A stretch of DNA of 37,497 nucleotides from Myxococcota bacterium (GTDB lineage: Bacteria > Myxococcota_A > UBA9160 > UBA4427). The stretch lies in the NCBI GenBank assembly GCA_028284295.1, contig JANQSB010000622.1, forward strand, positions 1-37,497, in the 5' to 3' direction. The stretch's first letter is position 1. Every line of letters starts with the position of its first letter. Shown here piece by piece: positions 21,688 to 30,359 of the stretch. The notes below the pieces were generated by a model. That model was not told the DNA's origin. It made no database searches and saw only the letters and a program-made list of their open reading frames with translations. A program made the position numbers and the translations under genes.

Positions 21688-23661
21688 TCAGGGCGGGCCT
21701 GGTCCGGGGATCAGGAGATAGGCGCGGTAGGCGGCGAACACCCAGCAGGCCAGCCAGGTCACGACCGCCGGCCACAGCCAACGCACGCGGAGCAGGGGCT
21801 CGGCTCCCGCTGCTGCGAGAATTCCCAGGGCGGGCGACAGCCCCATCAGGTAGGAGCCCTTCGCGGTGGAGTAGATGGGCAGGCGCGTATGGAGATCGAT
21901 CACCGCGACCACGTACGCGCCCACGCACCCCGCGGCGAGCAGGAGGGCGCCGCGAGAGCGACGGAGTGCTGGCCGCCAGCAAGTCACGAACGAGCCGAGG
22001 ATCAGCGCGGTTGGCAGCAGGCCGAGGACGGCGCCGAGGACCATCCAGTCGTGGCTCCAGGGAAGCCTGGACGGGTTCGACAGCCCGCTCGCGAACCCGT
22101 CGAGCCAGACGGTCGAGTACAGGGCGTCCCAGGGCCCTCGGGCGCCGGCGTAGACCGGTTGACTCAGGGCCTGCCCGAACGCCAGGTACTCCGATACGGA
22201 CCGATAGCCTGGCTCCTGCCACCAGCCGGGAGTGCTGTAGGGCTCCCAACCGCCGATGAGGGGCTTCCCGAAGGCCAGCATGTTGCGAACGAAGAACCAC
22301 CCACACACTGCCAGCGCCGAAGCGACCAGGGTGAGAGCCTTCGCAAGAGCCGCTCTCGCTGTCCCACCCACGTGAGCGAGGTGCCAGAGGAACGCGAAGC
22401 CGAGGCCCGGTGCGAGCAGGAGCGGCGTGACCTTGGCCAGAATGGCGAGCCCCCACAGCGAGCCCATTCCGGCGAAGAAGAGTCGTGACCGCTCCTGCCC
22501 GGGCTCGCAGACCAGTGTGAACGCCGGCAGTAGAGCGAGTGCAGTCAGCGCCGAGGCCAGAGGCTCGTTTCCCGGGGACTGCGCCATGTAGAGGCTCATC
22601 GGCATCATGCCCCCGACGAGGGTGGCCACGGCTCGGAGCTCGGCACGTTCCGGAAAGACGACCCGAGCCGTGCGATGGGCGATCTCGACCAGCGCGACGC
22701 CGCTGAGGAGGGAGAGCGAGCGGAGCAGTGCCATCTGCAACGCGTTGTCCTGCCCGACTCCGAAGAGCAGATAGAGTGGCGTCGCCAGCAGGTAGTAGAG
22801 CGGTGCCTGAAAGGCCTGCCAACCGTCGCTCGCCAGTGGCAGCGCCCCGTTCTCGGCGATGAACTGGACGTACTCGAGGTGTGCGGCGACGTCGAAGCCC
22901 ACCGTGGCGGGAACCCTGGCCACGTTCGAGATGGCGAGCAAGGTCCAGGCGACGAGCAAGACGCCACGCAGGAGTCGATCGTTCGACAGTGATGAAGCGA
23001 ATCGCGCGCCGCGATGCCTGCCGGATACGACGGTGCCGAAGACCAGGGCGAAGATCGCCGCGAGCCAGACGCCCTTCGCCCTCAGGGCGCTCGGGGTGTC
23101 GGGGAAGGACTCGTCGAGGACGAAGGACCGGGTCCCGGTCGCAGGCCGGGCAGGCCCCCAACGCCGCCCGTCCGCCGACGCTTGCCAGCTTCCGCTGCTG
23201 TCGGTCGGCAGTTCGTCACTCGTGACCAGTAGCAGCGCCGGCCCCCCCCGGTTGAGTACGACGAAGAGCAGCTCGTGATCGCCGGCTCTCAGCGTCTCTT
23301 CGGACTCGATCCGATGCGGAGCCTTCCAGGCCGCGCTGGAAGGCTCGAGGACTTCGAGGATCGGACGGCCGTCCAAGAAGGCGCGTCCCCACTTCATCAT
23401 GCGGACGCGCAGCGTCCACTTCGGGACCGGATCGGCGAGAGTGAAGTGGTACCGGAGGAAGACGCGATTGCCGCCGACCCGATGGGAGTGCGGGGAGAAG
23501 CCGCGGTCGAAGCCGATCCACCTTGCCTCCCTCTCGTCGACCAGGAAGACACTGCTCTCGTCTCGGACCTGAGCCGTCCATCGTACGGCGATCGCGCCGA
23601 CGGCGAGGACCACGCTGAGCGCGAGCAGGATCGGTACCCACTGCCGTGTCGCGGCCGTCAT
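21688..23661 (-). CDS. GT-C (PMT/ArnT-like) multi-TM glycosyltransferase with an N-terminal extracytoplasmic beta-sandwich domain
   Basis: Many TM segments. FDVAAHLEYV, FQAPLYY, GNEPLA, LAILAK and WFFVRN motifs. The N-terminal domain after TM1 has a W-I...FLRYHF...LDG...LRAGDHEL...GPA...TD..SW pattern. Confidence 0.72.
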   Translation of the reverse strand: MTAATRQWVPILLALSVVLAVGAIAVRWTAQVRDESSVFLVDEREARWIGFDRGFSPHSHRVGGNRVFLRYHFTLADPVPKWTLRVRMMKWGRAFLDGRPILEVLEPSSAAWKAPHRIESEETLRAGDHELLFVVLNRGGPALLLVTSDELPTDSSGSWQASADGRRWGPARPATGTRSFVLDESFPDTPSALRAKGVWLAAIFALVFGTVVSGRHRGARFASSLSNDRLLRGVLLVAWTLLAISNVARVPATVGFDVAAHLEYVQFIAENGALPLASDGWQAFQAPLYYLLATPLYLLFGVGQDNALQMALLRSLSLLSGVALVEIAHRTARVVFPERAELRAVATLVGGMMPMSLYMAQSPGNEPLASALTALALLPAFTLVCEPGQERSRLFFAGMGSLWGLAILAKVTPLLLAPGLGFAFLWHLAHVGGTARAALAKALTLVASALAVCGWFFVRNMLAFGKPLIGGWEPYSTPGWWQEPGYRSVSEYLAFGQALSQPVYAGARGPWDALYSTVWLDGFASGLSNPSRLPWSHDWMVLGAVLGLLPTALILGSFVTCWRPALRRSRGALLLAAGCVGAYVVAVIDLHTRLPIYSTAKGSYLMGLSPALGILAAAGAEPLLRVRWLWPAVVTWLACWVFAAYRAYLLIPGPGPP

Positions 23662-23738
23662 CCCGACTGGATGCTACCGGATCGTCGGTCGCCTCGACCG
23701 ATCGCACCATGCACCGGGATCGCTTCGGGTCCTTCGCC

Positions 23739-23747
23739 TGCTAGCCT
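23739..23747 (+). promoter_or_regulatory. Extended -10 element TGcTAGCCT for the PEP-CTERM gene
   Basis: TGnTANNNT about 50 nt upstream of GGAGG SD/GTG. Confidence 0.35.
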
Positions 23748-23798
23748 CGAGAGCGGGCGCCCGCGAGCCCCGAAGTCGAGCGTGGGAGGTCGCAGACC

Positions 23799-24578
23799 GT
23801 GAAGCGCAGTCGGAGCCTGGGTGCGCGTTGGTCGTTGGTCATCGTGGCGCTCGTTCTGTCGGGCCCCGCTCGCGCGGGCGACACCGCGACCGTCGAGTGG
23901 GGCGCGACCTTCCTGACCTATGGCGGCGGCGTGAACCCCGGTCCCGAGCTGCCGATCGTGAGCGGCGAGCCCGTCGAGATCGTCGCCGTGTTCGACCCCG
24001 ACGCTGCCGAGAACCCGGCGACCGTGGGCAACCCGACATTCGGCCTGTACACGGACGCGCTCGTGTCGCTGGAGATCTACTTCGTCACGAGCGAGGTCCT
24101 GTACCGCTTCGGATCCGGCGGCGCCGCGGCCAGCCAGATCAACCTGACCAACGACTCCGGCATCCCGGGTGTGACTCTCGACGACCAGCTGAGCGTCAGC
24201 AGCGCCGATCCGCTCGAGGCACCGATGGTCCTGGGCGCAGACGTCGTGGCGGCGTCGGTCGTGATCGCCGAGTCGATCAATAGCGTCCAGGGTGGCGGCA
24301 CCCCGGACCTGATCGAGTCCGCCTCCGCACTTCCCGCGGACGGCATAGACCTCGACTCGCCCGGCTTCCTCGTCTCCAACGCCGCGATCACCTACGACGG
24401 CTTCGACCCGACCTCCGTCATCTTCACCGACGTCACGGAGCTTCCCGAGCCGGGCGCGGGCGTCGGGGCTCTGGCCGGGCTGCTCGTCGTGAGCGTGCTG
24501 AGCCGCTCCGGGCGCCCGGACCGGCTGCTCGGGTCGCGCCCTACTCGCGGTCGAAGAGCTTCTCGGCGGCGTCGCTGA
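23799..24578 (+). CDS. Secreted acidic protein with PEP-CTERM sorting signal
   Basis: Signal peptide ending PARA. Acidic Ser/Thr-rich body. LPEP (24441-24452), then a hydrophobic helix and an Arg-rich tail. Confidence 0.8.
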   Translation: MKRSRSLGARWSLVIVALVLSGPARAGDTATVEWGATFLTYGGGVNPGPELPIVSGEPVEIVAVFDPDAAENPATVGNPTFGLYTDALVSLEIYFVTSEVLYRFGSGGAAASQINLTNDSGIPGVTLDDQLSVSSADPLEAPMVLGADVVAASVVIAESINSVQGGGTPDLIESASALPADGIDLDSPGFLVSNAAITYDGFDPTSVIFTDVTELPEPGAGVGALAGLLVVSVLSRSGRPDRLLGSRPTRGRRASRRRR

Positions 24579-25296
24579 AGTCGCGGAGGTTGTCGCCGAC
24601 GCGCTTCGCCTCGTCCACCCGTTCCGGGGACAGGGCGTAGCAGGCGTTCCCGAGCACCGCCGCGAGCTCCTTCGCCTCGTATCGGCCCTCGAAGTCGCGG
24701 CGCCGACCGGCGCCGACGAAGATCGCCCGTTGCAGGATCCAGGCGGCTTCGGCGATCGCGGGAAGCTCCCGGAGCTCGTCGATGAGGAAGTCGAGGAACG
24801 GGTAGGTGGCGAGGCTCAAGCCGTCGAAGATGCCCGGGCTGGCGCTCTCGATCCGGTTGCCCTGCAGGCCCCAGCGCAGCAGCTCCTCGCCGTCCCGACG
24901 CAGCACGGCCTCGGTCGCGTCCTGGATGCGATCGGGAAGCGCCACCTCGTAGCGGCGCTGCGTCTCGCCCCGGGCTGCGTGGGTCAGCGCCAGGCAGGCC
25001 AGGTCGTGCAGGTGCGTGCACTGCTCGCGGGGGCGGGTGTGCTGGAACACGTCCAGGATCCGGTCACTGAGCGGCGCACCCACCATGCGGCGCAGGGGCT
25101 CGACAGCCCCCGGGCAGGTGCTCCAGGGCACGCGCAGGGACTCGCCCTCCACCGCGGTCGCGCGCTCCTCGTCGTGAGCCAGGCGCACCGCGAAGTGGTG
25201 GAAGTCGTCGGCCAGCTCACCGCGCACTTCGCCGCGGCTCGACTCCAGGGAGATGGCGCGCCGGAAGGTGCCGCGAGCTCGGGGGTCCGGCGTCAT
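24541..25296 (-). CDS. DUF2889-domain protein
   Basis: ADDFHHF, VPWSTCPGA, CTHLHDLA and C-terminal NACYAL. Start MTPDPR at 25296; the ORF-track extension overlaps the opposite gene. Confidence 0.78.
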   Translation of the reverse strand: MTPDPRARGTFRRAISLESSRGEVRGELADDFHHFAVRLAHDEERATAVEGESLRVPWSTCPGAVEPLRRMVGAPLSDRILDVFQHTRPREQCTHLHDLACLALTHAARGETQRRYEVALPDRIQDATEAVLRRDGEELLRWGLQGNRIESASPGIFDGLSLATYPFLDFLIDELRELPAIAEAAWILQRAIFVGAGRRRDFEGRYEAKELAAVLGNACYALSPERVDEAKRVGDNLRDFSDAAEKLFDRE

Positions 25297-25318
25297 GGCG
25301 CGCAAAGGTACCCCGGCA

Positions 25319-25334
25319 TGTCGGCCCGGCGACA
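25319..25334. promoter_or_regulatory. Perfect box TGTCG-gcccgg-CGACA between divergent promoters
   Basis: Extends to ATGTCG/CGACAT. About -44.5 relative to + strand -10 TACCCT (25359-25364). Overlaps the spacer/-35 zone of the - strand -10 TACCTT (25310-25305). Confidence 0.55.
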
Positions 25335-25392
25335 TCGGCGCGCACCGCCCGTGGCGGCTACCCTGACGAATCCTTCGGACAAGGGAGATCGC

Positions 25393-26814
25393 ATGCGTCA
25401 GCAACCGCAGTGGCAGGTGGCGGGGTGGATTCCGCTCGTGGCCGGACTCGGCTGGCTCCTCGCCGGCATGAGCGGCGGCTGGCTGCAGATGTTCTTCTGC
25501 CTCGGCCCCGGCGTCCCGCTCCTCGCGACGGGCGGTTCGAAGCTCCTGTGGCCGGGCGATCCCCGCATCCAGCAGTTCGCCGCCCTCGGTGGTGTGATCG
25601 GTGTCGCGGTCGCGATCCCCGGGCTCGTCTTCATCGGCTTCGGTGCCTCGCTCCTCCTGGGTCTGCTCTCGGTCGCCTCCTTCGTCGCAGCGGGCTCCGT
25701 CTCGGTGAAGCAGGAGCCTCACTTCGAGGGTGTTCCGGAGCTGCAGCCGTCGCTGTCGCTCTACGCGAAGGTCGCGGTCGACGATGCCCTTCTCGCGACC
25801 ATGCAGTTCGGGATGGGGATGCCCTCGGGCCAGGAGCCCGAGGTGATCGAGCGCGAGGTGCATGCGGCGCGCGAGCTCTTCGACGGCAAGGGCTGGCTCG
25901 AGAAGCCCGCGAGCTACCACCAGGAGCCGCCGCCCCTCGAAGCTCCGCGAATCCGCGACCGGGAGACGCGCGTGCGCACCGGCCGCCTCCGCTACGAACA
26001 CCTTTCCTTCGAGAGCGAGTACGCGCCCCATCCCGACGAGCCCGGCCGCGCGCGCTGGCTCGGGTACGAGCGCAACCGCACCGCGCACGCGTGGGTGGTG
26101 CGACAGCCGTCCTCCGAGCCTCGCCCCTGGCTCGTCTGTATCCACGGATACCGGATGGGGGTTCCTGCGTTCGACATCAGTGCCTTCGACCCGGGCTTCC
26201 TCGCGAAGTTCGGGCTGAACGCGATCTTCCCGGTGCTGCCTCTGCACGGTCCCCGCAAGCTCGGACGCCGGAGCGGTGACGGCTTCCTGGCGGGCAACGT
26301 GCTCGACTCGGTGCACGGCGAAGCCCAGGCCATGTGGGACATCCGACGCATGGTCGACTGGGTACGCCGCCAGGGGGCGCCGGTCATCGGCGTCCACGGC
26401 CTGTCGCTCGGGGGCTACAACACCGCTCTTCTGGCGTCGGTCGAGCGAGGCCTCGCCTGTGCGATCCCGGGTATACCGGCCACCGACTTCGCGCGCCTCG
26501 TCTGGCGCCACGCGCCCCCGCTGCAGCTCCGCTACATGGAGCACCGCGGCGTGGTGCACGACGTCGTCGCGGAGGTGATGCGGGTGATCTCGCCGCTCGC
26601 CCTCGAGCCGCTCGTCGAGAAGAGCGGTCGCGCCATCTACGCCGGTGTCGCCGACCGACTCGTTCCGCCCGATCAGGTCCGCGACCTGTGGCGCCACTGG
26701 GAGGAGCCCGAGCTCGTCTGGTACCAGGGCGGCCACATGAGCTTCCAGTGGGAGCACGGCGTACGCAGCCTGGTGGCGCGCACCCTGCGCAGCCGATTGC
26801 TCGACCGCGGCTGA
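25393..26814 (+). CDS. Membrane-anchored alpha/beta hydrolase (Rv2627c/ABHD18-like)
   Basis: About four N-terminal TM helices. CIHGY, LPLHGPR, nucleophile elbow GLSLGG, DRLVP and GGH. GGGAG SD before the ATG at 25393. Confidence 0.83.
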   Translation: MRQQPQWQVAGWIPLVAGLGWLLAGMSGGWLQMFFCLGPGVPLLATGGSKLLWPGDPRIQQFAALGGVIGVAVAIPGLVFIGFGASLLLGLLSVASFVAAGSVSVKQEPHFEGVPELQPSLSLYAKVAVDDALLATMQFGMGMPSGQEPEVIEREVHAARELFDGKGWLEKPASYHQEPPPLEAPRIRDRETRVRTGRLRYEHLSFESEYAPHPDEPGRARWLGYERNRTAHAWVVRQPSSEPRPWLVCIHGYRMGVPAFDISAFDPGFLAKFGLNAIFPVLPLHGPRKLGRRSGDGFLAGNVLDSVHGEAQAMWDIRRMVDWVRRQGAPVIGVHGLSLGGYNTALLASVERGLACAIPGIPATDFARLVWRHAPPLQLRYMEHRGVVHDVVAEVMRVISPLALEPLVEKSGRAIYAGVADRLVPPDQVRDLWRHWEEPELVWYQGGHMSFQWEHGVRSLVARTLRSRLLDRG

Positions 26815-26819
26815 GGAAC

Positions 26820-26840
26820 GGCGAACGCGGGGCGTTCGCC
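26820..26840. terminator. Hairpin GGCGAACGC-ggg-GCGTTCGCC between convergent genes
   Basis: Perfect 9-bp stem fills the 28-nt gap. No U-tract. Confidence 0.5.
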
Positions 26841-26842
26841 TG

Positions 26843-29017
26843 CTACCGCTTCGGGCTCGCGCCCTTGCCCTTCGCGCGAGGGAAGTAGGTCGTCTCCACG
26901 TAGTCGCCCAGCATGCGTTCGGCGCTGAAGCGCATGGCGCTGGTGCGGATCGAGGCCTTCACCCGTTCCATCCAGCCGCGCGGAATCCCGTCCTTGTCCC
27001 GATCGTAGAAGAGCGGGAGCACCTCCTTCTCGAGCGTGTCCAGGAGCATCTGCGCGTCGCGATCGTCCTGGGCCTCGTGATCGGCGTCGACGTCACCCGG
27101 GAGCGACCAGCCCCCGCAGTCGTCCTGCGCCTCGACCCACCAGCCGTCGAGCACGCTGAGGTTGAGGGCGCCATTCATGGCGGCCTTCATGCCGCTGGTC
27201 CCGCTCGCTTCGAGGGGCGGGCGCGGCAGGTTCACCCAGACGTCACAGCCGCTCACCAGCCATTGCGCCATGCCCATGTCGTAGTCGTGCAGGTACGCGA
27301 TGCGCTCGCCGACGTGTGGCGCCCGACGGGCCTTGAACAGCTGCTGAACCACGTGCTTGGCGGAGTCGTCCGAGGGATGGGCCTTCCCGGCCAGCAGGAT
27401 CTGCAGCGATCGGGGACCGTCGATGAGCTTCAGGGCGCGCTGCAGGTCCCGGCTCACCAGGTTGAGTCGCTTGTAGGTGGCGAGCCGGCGCGCGAAGCCC
27501 ATCGTCAGGCGATCGGGGTCGAAGGCGGTCTCCGCGAGCTCGACGTAGTCGGCAGCCTCACCCCGAGCCAGGCGATCGAGGGTCGCGCGCTCGCGGATGT
27601 ACTCGACGAGTCTCGACCGCAGCTCGCAGCGGACCCGCCAGAGCTCCGCGTCCGGCAGGTCGGCGATCTTGGCCCAGGTGTCCGGATCGCGCTTGCGGCG
27701 CTCCCAGTCCTCTCCCAGGTGCTCGGCCAGGAGGCGTCGCACGGGCTCGGCCATCCAGGTGCTCACGTGTACCCCATTGGTGACGTGTGCGAGCGGTACC
27801 TCGTGGTCGCTGCCGGCGCCGAAGGCCGGGCGCCAGATCGAACGGGCCACCTCTCCGTGGCGCTCGCTCACACCGTTGGCGGCGCGACTGACCCGCAGCC
27901 CGAGGGCGGTCATGCCCGGTGCGTCTTCGGTGTTGCCCGCCTGGATCCGAGCCAGGTCGAGAATCTCCGCCCACCCGGTGCCGAGCCGCCGGTCGAGGCC
28001 GCCGAAGACCCGCATCAGGTCTTCGGCGGGATAGCGCTCGTTGCCGGCGGGGACCGGTGTGTGCGTCGTGAAGACGGTGCGGGCGCGGGCGCTCTCGAAG
28101 GCTTCCTCGAACGAATCCCCGCCCTCTACCCGAGTCGCCGCCCATTCGAGGGGCGCGAGGGCCGGGTGTCCTTCGTTGAGGTGCAGCACCTCGGGCTCGA
28201 TTCCCAGCGCGCGCAGGGCGCGTGCACCCCCGACCCCGAGCAACGCGTACTGCGCGAGCCGCGCGACGGGATCTCCCACGTAGAGCTGTGACGCGATCCA
28301 GCGATCGATCGGCTTGTTCTCGGGAAGGTCCGTATCGAGCAGGTAGAGGGGAACGCGGCCGATGTCGAAGCGCCACATCTGGACCGCCACGTCGCGGCCG
28401 CGAATCGGCACGTGGATCACGAGCGGGTCGGTGCCGTCGCGGGTCACGATCGCGCCGGGCAGTCGGGGCGGGTCGACGTCGACCCAGTACTCGTGCTGCC
28501 AACCCGACTCGTCGAAGCGCTGTCGGAAGTAGCCCTGCCGATACAGGAGTCCGATGGCGACGAGGGGGAGGCCCATGTCGGACGCGGCCTTGAGCAGATC
28601 GCCGGCCAGCACGCCGAGTCCACCCGCATAGACGGGAAGCGAGACGTGCACGCCGTACTCGGCGCACAGGAAGGCCACCGGGTGTTCGGGATCGCCGCGA
28701 TTCCCGTCCGGGGTACGAGCCAGCTCGTCCCGGATGGACTCCTCGAGGGAGTAGGCCCGGCCGATCAGCTCGCGGTCGCCGGCCGCGCGCTCGAGGGACA
28801 CCATCGGGGCTTCTTCGAGCAGTCGAAGCGGATTCCGTCCGCACGCTTCCCAGCGGTGCGCGTCGATGGCTGCGAACAGCTCGTCCCCACCGAGTGCCCA
28901 GCTCCACCGGTAGTTGAACGCGAGACGCGCGAACGGAGCCAGCGCCGAGGGAAGCCGCGACGCGAGCTCGTCGGCTGCCCGTCTCAGATCCTCGGTACCG
29001 GGGGGGTGGCGAAGCAT
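26843..29017 (-). CDS. glgP: Second alpha-glucan (maltodextrin/glycogen) phosphorylase, actinobacterial/thermophile-type subfamily
   Basis: AEYG...YAGGLGVLAGD, HLNEGH, FTTHTP, ARRLATYKR, GKAHP and EASGTSGMK. ATG at 29017 with GAGGAG SD. Confidence 0.94.
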   Translation of the reverse strand: MLRHPPGTEDLRRAADELASRLPSALAPFARLAFNYRWSWALGGDELFAAIDAHRWEACGRNPLRLLEEAPMVSLERAAGDRELIGRAYSLEESIRDELARTPDGNRGDPEHPVAFLCAEYGVHVSLPVYAGGLGVLAGDLLKAASDMGLPLVAIGLLYRQGYFRQRFDESGWQHEYWVDVDPPRLPGAIVTRDGTDPLVIHVPIRGRDVAVQMWRFDIGRVPLYLLDTDLPENKPIDRWIASQLYVGDPVARLAQYALLGVGGARALRALGIEPEVLHLNEGHPALAPLEWAATRVEGGDSFEEAFESARARTVFTTHTPVPAGNERYPAEDLMRVFGGLDRRLGTGWAEILDLARIQAGNTEDAPGMTALGLRVSRAANGVSERHGEVARSIWRPAFGAGSDHEVPLAHVTNGVHVSTWMAEPVRRLLAEHLGEDWERRKRDPDTWAKIADLPDAELWRVRCELRSRLVEYIRERATLDRLARGEAADYVELAETAFDPDRLTMGFARRLATYKRLNLVSRDLQRALKLIDGPRSLQILLAGKAHPSDDSAKHVVQQLFKARRAPHVGERIAYLHDYDMGMAQWLVSGCDVWVNLPRPPLEASGTSGMKAAMNGALNLSVLDGWWVEAQDDCGGWSLPGDVDADHEAQDDRDAQMLLDTLEKEVLPLFYDRDKDGIPRGWMERVKASIRTSAMRFSAERMLGDYVETTYFPRAKGKGASPKR

Positions 29018-29047
29018 GACTGCTCCTCGTGGCTTCGTCGGCTTCCC

Positions 29048-29091
29048 ATGATACAACGGCTCGCCCGGACCCAGAGGTCACCGGCTCGACG
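29048..29091 (-). promoter_or_regulatory. Promoter of second glgP: -10 TATCAT (29053-29048) plus degenerate box GGTCA-ccggct-CGACG (29076-29091) at -42.5
   Basis: Core GTCR-N6-YGAC is intact and both outer bases differ. Spacing is 1 nt longer than at glgC. Confidence 0.45.
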
Positions 29092-29246
29092 CGAGAGGGC
29101 GTCGGGTCGAACCCTGCGGGGTCTCCGTCGCGTGGTGTCGATCCCGCGCCATGCCGCGAATCGCCCGTCCCGGCCCGAACCAGCGCAGGCGCCCGTCGCC
29201 TCTCGTCGGGCTGCGGCCGCCCGCGGTCGGCCGCGGGTGCCGGATC

Positions 29247-30293
29247 CTACTGCCAGCACACCCGGGTGAGCGCGCTTCGCAGTGGCCGGCTGGTGGCGAC
29301 GCAGCTGGATCCGAGGATCGTCCGTGAGCCGTGGTCGAGCTCGGCCAACGCGTCCAGGGTTCCGACGAGCTTGTGGGTTTTGCGGATCAGCCGCGTGCAG
29401 GAGCCCTCCGCCAGGAGCCAGGCGTGGGCGGCGTCGGCGTAGCGGCGCAGCGCGGCTTCGACGGGGCCCCGAAGTCCACGTCGTTCGACCTCCGAGAGGC
29501 GAGGCCAGGCGACGCGAAGCCCGTGCAGGGCGTCGAAGTCGATCCCCTGCGGGAAGCGGCCGCCGAAGATGCGACTGCCCCAGAGACCCGTTCGACGCTG
29601 GAGGCGGACGATGCCCGCGACGGCGCGCGCCGGGTGCGGGATGCTCCGACCGAGGCGATCGTAGAGCCACCAGAAGTGCGCGGCGCCTCCCAGGTCGAGA
29701 GTCGTCGGCTTGCGCAGCACGCGGTCGTGCAGTGCGCGCTTCCAGAAGCCCGTCGCCGGGTCGACACGGGCGTCGAGCGCGGCCAGCAGCGCTTCGCTCC
29801 AGTCTTCCGGGAGGGACAGGCCTTTCGGCGCGTCGAGCACCGCCGCGGCGGCACCCGCTGCGTGGCTGCCGGTCCAGACCTGGGACCAGCGGAAGCCGTC
29901 GAGCCAGGCGTCGGTGGAGACGCGGCTGGCGAAGAGGGACTCCGCGTAGCGGAGGGGGTGCAGGGGGCAGGCGCCCAGGAGCACGAGAGCGCCGGTGGCG
30001 AACGCGGTCGCATGGGGAACACCGTGCCCGGCGAGCAGGGATCGGTCGAACCATCCCGAGTCACGGTCCTGGGCTGCCTGGATCCGCGACGCCCAGGCCT
30101 CCCGCTCCGGAACCGCAACCTCGTCGAGGTCGCCGAGGATCCAGAGCGCGTAGGCGGCATCGGCATCGCCGTAGAGGTCGACCTCGCCGTCGGGGCGGCT
30201 CGCCCAGCCCGCATCGCCGCGGCGAAACCCGTCCAGGAAGCTTCGCGCCTGGCCGCAGAAGGGCTCGAAGTCGAGAGGCCAAGCCTGGCTCAA
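29247..30293 (-). CDS. Hypothetical protein with QW-like (prenyltransferase/squalene-cyclase alpha-alpha barrel) repeats
   Basis: Three repeats: AQDRDSGWF, RVDPATGFW and LQRRTGLW. TTG start after GGAAGAG; the start is uncertain. Confidence 0.65.
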   Translation of the reverse strand: MSQAWPLDFEPFCGQARSFLDGFRRGDAGWASRPDGEVDLYGDADAAYALWILGDLDEVAVPEREAWASRIQAAQDRDSGWFDRSLLAGHGVPHATAFATGALVLLGACPLHPLRYAESLFASRVSTDAWLDGFRWSQVWTGSHAAGAAAAVLDAPKGLSLPEDWSEALLAALDARVDPATGFWKRALHDRVLRKPTTLDLGGAAHFWWLYDRLGRSIPHPARAVAGIVRLQRRTGLWGSRIFGGRFPQGIDFDALHGLRVAWPRLSEVERRGLRGPVEAALRRYADAAHAWLLAEGSCTRLIRKTHKLVGTLDALAELDHGSRTILGSSCVATSRPLRSALTRVCWQ

Positions 30294-30359
30294 GTCGGGC
30301 TCTTCCGGCGATCGTGGGTCCGAAGGCCGGTCGGCTCCTGTGCTCGGCGTGCTCCGCCC

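Noticed and set aside
23242-23249. C8 run in the GT-C gene (and G7 at 29000-29006) as phase-variation tracts
   Set aside because: Short for such a GC-rich genome and both frames are intact.
24541-24578. 38-bp convergent overlap of PEP-CTERM and DUF2889 genes
   Set aside because: Explained by stop-codon drift extending a low-complexity Arg-rich tail; common in high-GC genomes.
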